DNA of 64,000 nucleotides, taken from contig CAWBHS010000038.1 in the NCBI GenBank assembly GCA_963788655.1, positions 32,001 to 96,000 of the forward strand, written 5' to 3'. Position numbers and translations under genes: made by a program. Positions 28,449 through 36,059 of the stretch are shown here, in pieces; within the stretch, counting starts at the first letter, position 1; every line of letters begins with the position of its first letter. This DNA is from an uncultured Verrucomicrobiae bacterium (GTDB lineage Bacteria; Verrucomicrobiota; Verrucomicrobiia; Limisphaerales; JAFGQR01). The notes below the pieces were generated by a model, which made no database searches, had not been told where the DNA came from, and worked only from the letters and a program-made list of their open reading frames with translations.

Positions 28449-28546
28449 GGCCAACAAGGCGGTCCAGCGAACGGGAGCCAGCCGTTCAGTTCAGACACAA
28501 TTCGACCGTCATCGGCGGCTGGCTCCCGTCGCCGACCTCGTTAGAC
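28449..28546 (+). other. attC site 9 (close relative of attC2)
   Basis: GGCCAAC..GGTCCAGCGAACGGGAGCCAGCCG / CGGCTGGCTCCCGTCGCCGACC TC GTTAGAC. Confidence 0.85.
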
Positions 28547-28574
28547 ACCAAGACCAAATTGAAAGGAACAGCAC

Positions 28575-28880
28575 ATGGGATGGGGCAGAACTTTACTACT
28601 CGGGGACATTGGCAATCGTTTAGATATTGAAGATACCGAACGTGACATCGCCGCTCTCAGGGAAGAGATTGCCGGTGCCTTTCGGAAGGATATGTCGCAG
28701 GATGATATTATCCGCAAGCTGATCGCCGAGAACTCACAGTTGAAACTCTACTTCGCGTCGCTCGTGCGCTTGCTGACTAGAACGGGAACCATTTCCAGAG
28801 AGGATCTCGCCGCGGTCGTCGCTGCCGTCGATGCTGAAGATGGCCAAGTCGATGGACAGTTTACTGGCAAAATTGTCTAA
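28575..28880 (+). CDS. cassette 10 hypothetical coiled-coil protein (101 aa)
   Basis: AAAGGA RBS; TAA lies inside GTCTAAC, the reverse complement of the leading GTTAGAC. Confidence 0.8.
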   Translation: MGWGRTLLLGDIGNRLDIEDTERDIAALREEIAGAFRKDMSQDDIIRKLIAENSQLKLYFASLVRLLTRTGTISREDLAAVVAAVDAEDGQVDGQFTGKIV

Positions 28881-28907
28881 CCAAACGAGTCACCCAAACT
28901 CAGCGGT
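28875..28907 (+). other. truncated attC site 10
   Basis: GTCTAAC CAAACGAGTCACC resembles the start of attC1, then runs into the cheA stop. Confidence 0.65.
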
Positions 28908-31274
28908 TCACGCGGCGCGGGCCAGGGGGGCGGACTTCAGGCGCACCAGGGTGCTGACATCCAGGATCAGCCCGACCCGGCCATCGCCCATGATCGCGGC
29001 CCCGGCGAGGGCGGGGGATTGCTTGAACATGTCGCCCAGGCTTTTGATGACCACCTCCTGCTTGCCGAGCAACTGATCCACCAACAGGCAGCGCCGTTCG
29101 ACGCCGGTTTCGACCAGCAGGATGATGCCTTGGGTGGGATCGGTCTTGGCGGCGGGCACCCCAAAAAAATCATGGAGCCGCAACAGCGGACTGAGCCGGC
29201 CACGGACATTCACCATTTCCAGGCGGTCGTGCAGGGTCGAAATCATCTCCGGGGTAGGGCGGAAGGATTCGCGCACACTGTAGGTGGGCAGGATGAATCG
29301 CTCCGCGCCGACGCCCACAATGAAGCCGTCGATGATGGCCAGCGTCAGCGGCAGGCTGATGGTAAAGGTCGAGCCCCGGCCCGGGGTGGATTGGATGCTG
29401 ATGGTGCCGCGCAGTTTTTCGATGTTTCGCCGCACCACGTCCATGCCCACCCCGCGTCCGGAAATGTCCGTGACTTGTTCCGCGGTCGAAAAGCCCGGCG
29501 CAAAGATCAGATCGAAAACTTCCTTCTCGGCCAATTGTTCATCCGCTCGCACCAGTCCGCGGTCGCGCGCTTTGGCCAGAATACGCGCTTGGTCCAAACC
29601 CGCACCGTCATCCTGAATTTCCACCATGATGCTGCCGCCTTCGTGAAAGGCGCGCAGGAAAATGGTTCCCTGGGGCCGCTTGCCCTGGGCTTCCCGGCGC
29701 GCCGGCGATTCAATCCCGTGATCGACCGAGTTACGGATCATGTGGACCAATGGATCGGTGAGTTCCTCGGTAATGGTGCGGTCCAGTTCGGTTTCTTCGC
29801 CGCTCATTCGCAACTCGACCTGTTTGTCTTGTTTGGCGGCCAGGTCGCGCACCAACCGGTTCATCTTTTGGAACGTCGGCCGGATTGGGACCATGCGCAG
29901 CGACATGGTGACCTTTTGCAATTCGCGCGTAATTCCCGACAATTGGGCCAGGTTGCGGTTCAACCGCTGGCTCTGGAGGGATTTCAACGCGCCATCCTGG
30001 GCCACCATGGATTGGGCGATCACCAATTCGCCCACCAGATCCATCAAGCTGTCGAGCTTGAAAGTGTCCACCTTGACCACCGCGGTTTCGCTCAGGCGCC
30101 GGTTCGTGGCCGGTTTGGCCGTCGCCACCGGGGCCGGGGGAACCGCCGCCGAATCGGCGGCCGGAAGGTCTGGGCTCGCACTGGCCTGGGAGGCGGTAGG
30201 CGCGGCGGGCGCAGCGATGGCCGGCGTGGGCGCGGGTGCCGTCGTCGATGCTTCCGGAGCGGTGATGACGGCTTTTACCCGTGCCACCAGCGCGTTGGTG
30301 GGAATGATGATGGAGTCGGCATGTCCGGCGCCCAGCGCATTTTGGATTTCGGCGATGAACTGTTTCAGGCAATCGGCGCCTTCGAGGATCACGTCAATGA
30401 TGGGCGAGGTGATGCTCAACTTGTGTTGTCGCGCCAGGTCCAGCAACGATTCCAATTCGTGCGCCAGCCGGTTGACCGGAGTCAACCGCAGAAAACCGGA
30501 GCCGCCTTTGAACGTGTGAAAGGCACGAAAGATCGAGTTGAGCGTGTCCGCATCGACGGGATTGTCCTCGAGGACCAAGACGCCCAGCTCAATGTTCTGC
30601 AAATGCTCTTCGGATTCGGTGACAAACTCCCGCAGCAAATCCGCGTCTTGCTCGAGGTCCAATTCCAACGGCAGGTCGGCAATGGTTTCCGTGCGGGGTG
30701 TTTCGGCCGGCGGAGACGCTTCGGCGGCAGCCACGGCACCGGTTGGCAACTCGGCGGGGAGCGGCTCCGCGGCAGATGACAAACCGGGCGCTTCGGGGGC
30801 ATCGACGGATCCGACCGGGGGTGACGAAGACGTTTCGGAGGTGCTTTCGGCGGCCGACCACGCGGCTGGCATTTCCGGCAACGGCTGCTGGCGCTGCCTC
30901 GCGTCGAGCGCGGTTTGCATCCAAACGTTCCATTCGCGTAGCCAGGCCAGTGACGATTCGTCGAACCGGGCGGTGCGTTCGAAAATACCGTCCACCGTCT
31001 GCCGCGCTTTGCCGATGGCCGACGACAATTCGGACGGGAGCGGATTGGTCTGGCTGAATTCCTCGAGCTGCAACAGCAGATTGTTCAACGGCAGCAACCC
31101 GGCGTCCTTGCCTGGCTCGGCGAACATCAGTTCCATCGCCAGTTGGCGCGTCCATTCGGCCCACGGTTCTCCGGGAGCCGGCGGCGGGTTCTCAGCGGGC
31201 ACTTGGTTCTCCACGGGTGGGGGAACTGGCGCGGACGACGACGGTTTCTTTTTTTGCGGACGAGGTTTCTTCAT
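28908..31274 (-). CDS. cheA: chemotaxis histidine kinase
   Basis: IFRAFHTFKGGSG (Hpt), LMDLVGELVI, HMIRNSVDHG, DDGAG, SGRGVGMDVV, C-terminal CheW-like domain. Confidence 0.95.
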   Translation of the reverse strand: MKKPRPQKKKPSSSAPVPPPVENQVPAENPPPAPGEPWAEWTRQLAMELMFAEPGKDAGLLPLNNLLLQLEEFSQTNPLPSELSSAIGKARQTVDGIFERTARFDESSLAWLREWNVWMQTALDARQRQQPLPEMPAAWSAAESTSETSSSPPVGSVDAPEAPGLSSAAEPLPAELPTGAVAAAEASPPAETPRTETIADLPLELDLEQDADLLREFVTESEEHLQNIELGVLVLEDNPVDADTLNSIFRAFHTFKGGSGFLRLTPVNRLAHELESLLDLARQHKLSITSPIIDVILEGADCLKQFIAEIQNALGAGHADSIIIPTNALVARVKAVITAPEASTTAPAPTPAIAAPAAPTASQASASPDLPAADSAAVPPAPVATAKPATNRRLSETAVVKVDTFKLDSLMDLVGELVIAQSMVAQDGALKSLQSQRLNRNLAQLSGITRELQKVTMSLRMVPIRPTFQKMNRLVRDLAAKQDKQVELRMSGEETELDRTITEELTDPLVHMIRNSVDHGIESPARREAQGKRPQGTIFLRAFHEGGSIMVEIQDDGAGLDQARILAKARDRGLVRADEQLAEKEVFDLIFAPGFSTAEQVTDISGRGVGMDVVRRNIEKLRGTISIQSTPGRGSTFTISLPLTLAIIDGFIVGVGAERFILPTYSVRESFRPTPEMISTLHDRLEMVNVRGRLSPLLRLHDFFGVPAAKTDPTQGIILLVETGVERRCLLVDQLLGKQEVVIKSLGDMFKQSPALAGAAIMGDGRVGLILDVSTLVRLKSAPLARAA

Positions 31275-31277
31275 GAC

Positions 31278-32207
31278 TCAGAATCCAAAGCTTAATACCA
31301 GAGAGCGGACCACCAGGGTCCAGCCATCGACCAACACAAACAGCAGCAGTTTGAGCGGGAGCGAGATGGTCATCGGCGGCATCATCATCATGCCCATGCT
31401 CATCAGCACGGTGGCGACGACGAGGTCGATGAGAATGAAGGGTACGAACAACAGGAAGCCCATTTGGAAGGCCGTCCGCAATTCGCTGATGATGAAACCG
31501 GGGATGACGACTTTGAGCGGCAACTGCTCGGGCGGTTTGGGCCCTTCCTTGGCCAGCGCCACGAACAGCTCGACGTCCTTCGCCCGCGCCTGCCGCAACA
31601 TGAAGGCGCGGATGTGACCGGAGGCCTTGGCCAGCGCCTCCTGGCCGGAGATCTGTTTGGCCTGGTACGGGGCGATGGCGTCCGTGCTGATCTTTTCCCA
31701 GACCGGTTGCATGACGAAGAAGGTGAGGAAGAGCGAGAGGCCCACAATGATTTGATTGGCCGGAGTGCCCTGCAACGACAAGGCCGTGCGCACGAAGGAG
31801 AGCACAATCACCGTTCGGGTAAAACTGGTCATCAGCAGGATGATCGCGGGCGCCAGGCTCAGCAGCGTGATCAAGAAGAGGATCTTGACCGCCATGTCCA
31901 CGTCCTGCGGCTGGTTGCTGGCTTCCATCCCGAGATTGAACTTGAACGGGGCAATGGAAAATGCGTTCGTCGAAACGGCGCCTGGGCCCGATCCTCCCGC
32001 CGCCGCCGCCCGTCCGGTTGTGGTCGCCGTGAACAGGAGGGTCAACACCAACAGCAAGAGAAACCACCGTCCTCCCAAGCGCGGGATTTGCGGGCCGAAA
32101 CCAGATTGGTCCAAAGGCGCCGGCTCAAGGGAAGACGCTACGGAACAGCAGCGCTCCCCGCCCAACGGCCTTCGGACATTGCAAGTTGGAATCAACCGCA
32201 TTTTCAT
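31278..32207 (-). CDS. fliP: flagellar export gate protein
   Basis: MTSFTR, ISELRTAFQMGF and SMGMMMMPPMTISLPLKLLLFVLVDGW; ATG overlaps the fliO stop. Confidence 0.95.
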   Translation of the reverse strand: MKMRLIPTCNVRRPLGGERCCSVASSLEPAPLDQSGFGPQIPRLGGRWFLLLLVLTLLFTATTTGRAAAAGGSGPGAVSTNAFSIAPFKFNLGMEASNQPQDVDMAVKILFLITLLSLAPAIILLMTSFTRTVIVLSFVRTALSLQGTPANQIIVGLSLFLTFFVMQPVWEKISTDAIAPYQAKQISGQEALAKASGHIRAFMLRQARAKDVELFVALAKEGPKPPEQLPLKVVIPGFIISELRTAFQMGFLLFVPFILIDLVVATVLMSMGMMMMPPMTISLPLKLLLFVLVDGWTLVVRSLVLSFGF

Positions 32208-32830
32208 CCCTGACTTTGTTTGCCGGAGGCCAGGGCCTGTTTGAGGGTTTGTCCGAAATTGGGCAGTGGTTCCACATCCTCTCCCGCCTCGGCCGACGGC
32301 AACGGCGTGAGCAGGCGCACCCCGTTGGGCGATGACGCCACCAACAACCGTTCGCGTTCGTAGGCCACCACATACAACGCCGTACGTTGGCCGAGCGGTT
32401 TGACCTCGAGAATATTCAGCTTGGGTGCGCGCCCGCGATAGACGGTCAACCGCTGCCAGTGTTTGAAACACCAAACCCCCAAAAGAAACAGTGCCACCAC
32501 CAACGCCAGCGCGCCAAGCACCCGCAGTAACGACATACTTGCGTTGGGCAAATCCAGATGCGCGGGAACCGGCGGCGAATTGGTCAGTTGCCCGAAGCAC
32601 GGGCTGGAGCCAAAGCCACCCAGCGCCAGAAGCGCGAGGAAAAGCCGGAAACTCCAGGACCACAAACCGGCGGCGCTCCGTTCCGGCATCCGGCATTCGG
32701 CATCCGGCATCCGGCATCCACTCCGCTCCGTTCCAACATTCGAGGTCCAACGTCCAAAGCAGCGCGTGCGACGCGCGGTCGTCGCTCCGGTCCGACGTTG
32801 AAGGCTCGAAGTTGGAAAAGGGAAGCTCAT
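32204..32830 (-). CDS. fliO: flagellar biosynthesis protein (start uncertain)
   Basis: TM followed by LNILEVKPLGQRTALYVV..LLVASS; position between fliN and fliP. Confidence 0.8.
   Translation of the reverse strand: MSFPFPTSSLQRRTGATTARRTRCFGRWTSNVGTERSGCRMPDAECRMPERSAAGLWSWSFRLFLALLALGGFGSSPCFGQLTNSPPVPAHLDLPNASMSLLRVLGALALVVALFLLGVWCFKHWQRLTVYRGRAPKLNILEVKPLGQRTALYVVAYERERLLVASSPNGVRLLTPLPSAEAGEDVEPLPNFGQTLKQALASGKQSQG
32682..32719. repeat. heptamer tandem repeat (CCGGCAT)n
   Basis: tccggcatccggcattcggcatccggcatccggcatcc. Confidence 0.85.
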
Positions 32831-32846
32831 GGGGCCATCCGTGGCT

Positions 32847-33122
32847 TTAAGCGGCTTTGCCAATAATCTCCGTTACTTTGATGCCGAAGCGATCCTCCAC
32901 GACGACCACTTCGCCGCGCGCCACGAGCTTTTGATTTACATACAGGTCCACGGGAGCTTCCGCGGCCTGGTCCAGCGGTACCACCGAGCCCGCGCCCAAT
33001 TGCAGCACGTCCCGCATCGGCAATTGGCACGAGCCCAATTCGACCGAAACTTTTACCGGAATGTCCATGAGGACTTCGTAATTCGGCGTGGGGGCGGTAG
33101 GATTGTGATCAGGAGTTTCCAT
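32847..33122 (-). CDS. fliN: flagellar motor switch protein
   Basis: DIPVKVSVELG..ARGEVVVVEDRFGIKVT. Confidence 0.95.
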   Translation of the reverse strand: METPDHNPTAPTPNYEVLMDIPVKVSVELGSCQLPMRDVLQLGAGSVVPLDQAAEAPVDLYVNQKLVARGEVVVVEDRFGIKVTEIIGKAA

Positions 33123-33127
33123 TCAGA

Positions 33128-34153
33128 CTAAAGAACACCGGTCAATTCGATGGCCCAGACTTGGTCGCGGGTGCCCAACCGGCCGTAAAACTTGGGAATT
33201 TGTCCGACGCAAACGCGCACCTGATTGGCTTGTTGCGGGGCCACTTGCAGCACGTCGCCCACCCGCAAGTGGGCCAGTTCGCGCGCCGTGATTTCCAAAT
33301 CCGTAAGGGCCGCGTTCAACGGCACCGGTACTTCATCCAACCGGGCCGACCAGCGCGCGGGCGCGGGGCAGGCCGGCGCCGACTCCGGAGGTTTGACGGG
33401 CAAGCCGGCGTTGAGCTGGCCCAGGAGCGGCTCGAGCATTCCGCTGGGCAGGCCGAGTTTCAATTCCCCCGCGGTTTCGTTCAGTTGCAGCTCGAAGGTC
33501 GCCTGCAACATGTGGGTCGAAGGATCGGACCATTGCAGGAAGCGGGGATTACTTTCGTGCGACACGATCCGCGGTTGCGCGTCGGGCTGGTGGGTGACTT
33601 CCTGGCACCACTCCTTCAGCACGAGTTGCGCGACGAGGTCCAAAATCTCGATCTCGATTTCAGTAAATTCACGTTCCAGATTGGCAGGTTGCCCGGGACC
33701 GCCCAACAGACGGTCCACCAGGGCCAGACCCAGGGTCGGCGGAAGGTCCAGCAGGCCCATCCCGTTGAGTGTCTCGATGCGGAACAAGGTCAAGTGTGTT
33801 CGCGGCGCCAGCCGGTCAATGACTCGCCGGTAAGGGACCGTCTGCAAATCCACCAGGCGCGCGCCGAATTCCAGCCGCAGATAAATGGAAAGTCGCGTCA
33901 TCAGCGAGCGGACAAACTCCTCGTGCCGCTGCCGCAGTTGCCGCAACTCCGGGCTGGTGAGAAATGATGGCGGCCGAAAATCATAGCGCCGCACCGGGGC
34001 GGGCGCCACCACCGGCGCCGGCGCGGTCGGTCCCGGCCCGGCCGCCGCGGAAGTGGCGGGGGGCTGGTCCTGGGCCACTTGGGAAAGCAACGACTCCACT
34101 TCGTCCTGGGATAGGACTTGCTGGGGCTCGTTGGCCTGGGGGTCAGACGCCAT
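33128..34153 (-). CDS. fliM: flagellar motor switch protein
   Basis: VLSQDEVESLL CheY-binding motif, YDFR, VDRLLGG and REFTEIE. Confidence 0.93.
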   Translation of the reverse strand: MASDPQANEPQQVLSQDEVESLLSQVAQDQPPATSAAAGPGPTAPAPVVAPAPVRRYDFRPPSFLTSPELRQLRQRHEEFVRSLMTRLSIYLRLEFGARLVDLQTVPYRRVIDRLAPRTHLTLFRIETLNGMGLLDLPPTLGLALVDRLLGGPGQPANLEREFTEIEIEILDLVAQLVLKEWCQEVTHQPDAQPRIVSHESNPRFLQWSDPSTHMLQATFELQLNETAGELKLGLPSGMLEPLLGQLNAGLPVKPPESAPACPAPARWSARLDEVPVPLNAALTDLEITARELAHLRVGDVLQVAPQQANQVRVCVGQIPKFYGRLGTRDQVWAIELTGVL

Positions 34154-34165
34154 AGCGGATACTGC

Positions 34166-34750
34166 CTATTGGATTGCGAATTCGGTGAAGTAAATTTCCT
34201 GGACCGCCCCGCTGCCCAGCACCGCGTTGAACTGGGAAATCAATTCGGTGCGGATCAAGTTGCGGGCTTCAGGTTTTTCCAAATCCGTAATGGTCTTGGT
34301 GGCCAGGATGCTGGACGCCAAGTCGCGCAATTGATCGCTGTCGTCTTCGACGCGCGCCTTGAAGTCATTCCCACTGCCGACCAGGGTGAAACTGGCCAAC
34401 AGCATGCGCGAACCCAGGCTACCGGCCACATTCACAATCAGCTTCGACAACGGCACTTTGACCCGCGGGCCGCCGGCGGCCGCGGCGTGACCGGACTCGG
34501 CGCCATGCCCGGCAGCGCTACTGGAGCTTCCGTGCCCTTCAGTAGCGCTGCTGGCATGGGCTCCGCCGGTTTCGCGAGCCTCCACCGCTGCGCCGCCCAG
34601 TGCTTTTTCCATCCGTGGCACCAGAACGAACAGCGTCATGGCGTAGGCCAGCGCCGGCATGAGCAAGAACGTGATGATCAACGGCAGCCAGGCTTTCAAG
34701 CCACCCGCGGCTGCCGATGGTTCTGTAGTTTCTTTGGGATTGTCAGCCAT
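34166..34750 (-). CDS. fliL: flagellar basal-body-associated protein
   Basis: N-terminal TM; C-terminal IYFTEFAIQ. Confidence 0.92.
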   Translation of the reverse strand: MADNPKETTEPSAAAGGLKAWLPLIITFLLMPALAYAMTLFVLVPRMEKALGGAAVEARETGGAHASSATEGHGSSSSAAGHGAESGHAAAAGGPRVKVPLSKLIVNVAGSLGSRMLLASFTLVGSGNDFKARVEDDSDQLRDLASSILATKTITDLEKPEARNLIRTELISQFNAVLGSGAVQEIYFTEFAIQ

Positions 34751-34764
34751 GGTCAGGAGCAGAA

Positions 34765-35631
34765 TTACCGTTTGAGATTCACGAGTTCCTGGAGCATTTC
34801 ATCACTGGTGGTGATGATCCGGGCGCTGGCCTGAAAAGCACGTTGCGTGGTGATCATGCCGGAGAACTCGTTGGCCAGATCCACGTTGGACAATTCCAGC
34901 GCGCCCGATTCGATGCGGCCCAGGCCGTACGAGCCTGGCGGGGCCGGCTGCGGTGCGGAAGCCCCGCCCAGCGGACCAGCACTCCCGATGCCGGAGTACA
35001 GGTTCAATCCTTCCTTGATCAACGCCTGGGGATCGCTGAAGCGCTGGAGCAAAATCTGGCCGCGATCGTATTCCGATCCATCGGTTAACCGCACTTTGAC
35101 CCGCCCCAGATTGTCGAGGCTGAACGAGACGTACTCCGCGTCGGGATCGAGGTCCGCGGGCCGATCCACCGCGTCCACTTGGATGTCACCGATCGTGCTC
35201 AGGCTGCTGTCCGAGTACCCCTGCACTCGTAAGCCCGTGATGGTGATCAAGTAATTGTTGGCGTCCAGGCGGAAATCTCCGGCCCGGGTGACAAATTGCG
35301 CACTGGTGACCGGATCGCGCACCACAAAGAAACCATCGCCCGAGATGGCCAGGTCGGTGGTCACCCCGGTGCGGGCCAGGCCGCCCTGGGTGTATTGGTT
35401 GTTGATGGCGGCGGTGAGCACCCCGGAGCCAATCTGAATGGCCGAGGTGCCGCTCGACGTGCCGTCCGCGCTGGTCGAACCGCGCAAGGTTTGGCTGAAC
35501 GAATCGGCAAAGTTCACGCGGCCGGATTTGAAGCCCGTCGTGTTCACGTTGGCGATGTTGTTACTGATGACATCCATGCGTTGCTGGAACTGCTGGATGC
35601 CGCTGATACCCGTGCTGAGAGAACGAATCAT
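34765..35631 (-). CDS. flgE: flagellar hook protein (short form)
   Basis: SNNIANVNTTGFK, TDLAISGDGFF, TRAGDF and LELSNVDLANEF; follows flgD. Confidence 0.85.
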   Translation of the reverse strand: MIRSLSTGISGIQQFQQRMDVISNNIANVNTTGFKSGRVNFADSFSQTLRGSTSADGTSSGTSAIQIGSGVLTAAINNQYTQGGLARTGVTTDLAISGDGFFVVRDPVTSAQFVTRAGDFRLDANNYLITITGLRVQGYSDSSLSTIGDIQVDAVDRPADLDPDAEYVSFSLDNLGRVKVRLTDGSEYDRGQILLQRFSDPQALIKEGLNLYSGIGSAGPLGGASAPQPAPPGSYGLGRIESGALELSNVDLANEFSGMITTQRAFQASARIITTSDEMLQELVNLKR

Positions 35632-35645
35632 ATAAGGCAGTGAGT

Positions 35646-36050
35646 TTAGGTGGTGGCGGCCGGCTCGACCGAGCGCAGAGTGCTCAAGTCGTACGACTCG
35701 CCGTTGACAATGATTGCGGGCGTCCCTGCCTCGATTTGAATGGCGCTGACCGTCCCCCGGACCAGCTCCCCGTCAGTATCCTCAAGCTCAACGATGCGCC
35801 CCAGCACCTCGTTGGCCCGTAAATTGGCAATGTCCTTTTGCATGCTCTTGGACTGTTCCAAAGTGGAGAATTGAGCCATTTGCGAAATGAATTCCGTGTC
35901 CTTCATTGGGTTGAGCGGATCCTGGTTGCTCAACTGCGCGACGACCAAATCCAGGAAATCTTGCTGGTCCAACGTGCGCGTGGGAATTCGGTTGGGATCA
36001 GGCTCGGCGGTGTTCACCGAAGACGAACTGACAGGAGCAATGGCGGACAT
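35646..36050 (-). CDS. flgD: hook capping protein
   Basis: FLDLVVAQLSNQDPLNPM..QMAQFSTLEQ. Confidence 0.93.
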   Translation of the reverse strand: MSAIAPVSSSSVNTAEPDPNRIPTRTLDQQDFLDLVVAQLSNQDPLNPMKDTEFISQMAQFSTLEQSKSMQKDIANLRANEVLGRIVELEDTDGELVRGTVSAIQIEAGTPAIIVNGESYDLSTLRSVEPAATT

Positions 36051-36059
36051 AACAATGAA

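Larger units (their letters stand above)
19394..28900 (+). mobile_element. integron gene-cassette array, 10 cassettes, no integrase in window
   Basis: Co-oriented short ORFs, each followed by an AAC...hairpin...GTT site; in 8 of 10 cassettes the leading GTTNNNN is the exact reverse complement of the cassette's own NNNNAAC, and the other two differ by 1 nt. Confidence 0.93.

Noticed and set aside
19862..28546. CRISPR array or toxin-antitoxin cassettes
   Set aside because: The repeats are non-identical hairpins separated by whole genes; no cas genes or recognisable TA pair
29019..30779. Long antisense ORFs (also 12739-13635, 42306-43577, 58189-59481, 60168-61811)
   Set aside because: Shadow frames of well-supported genes in high-GC DNA
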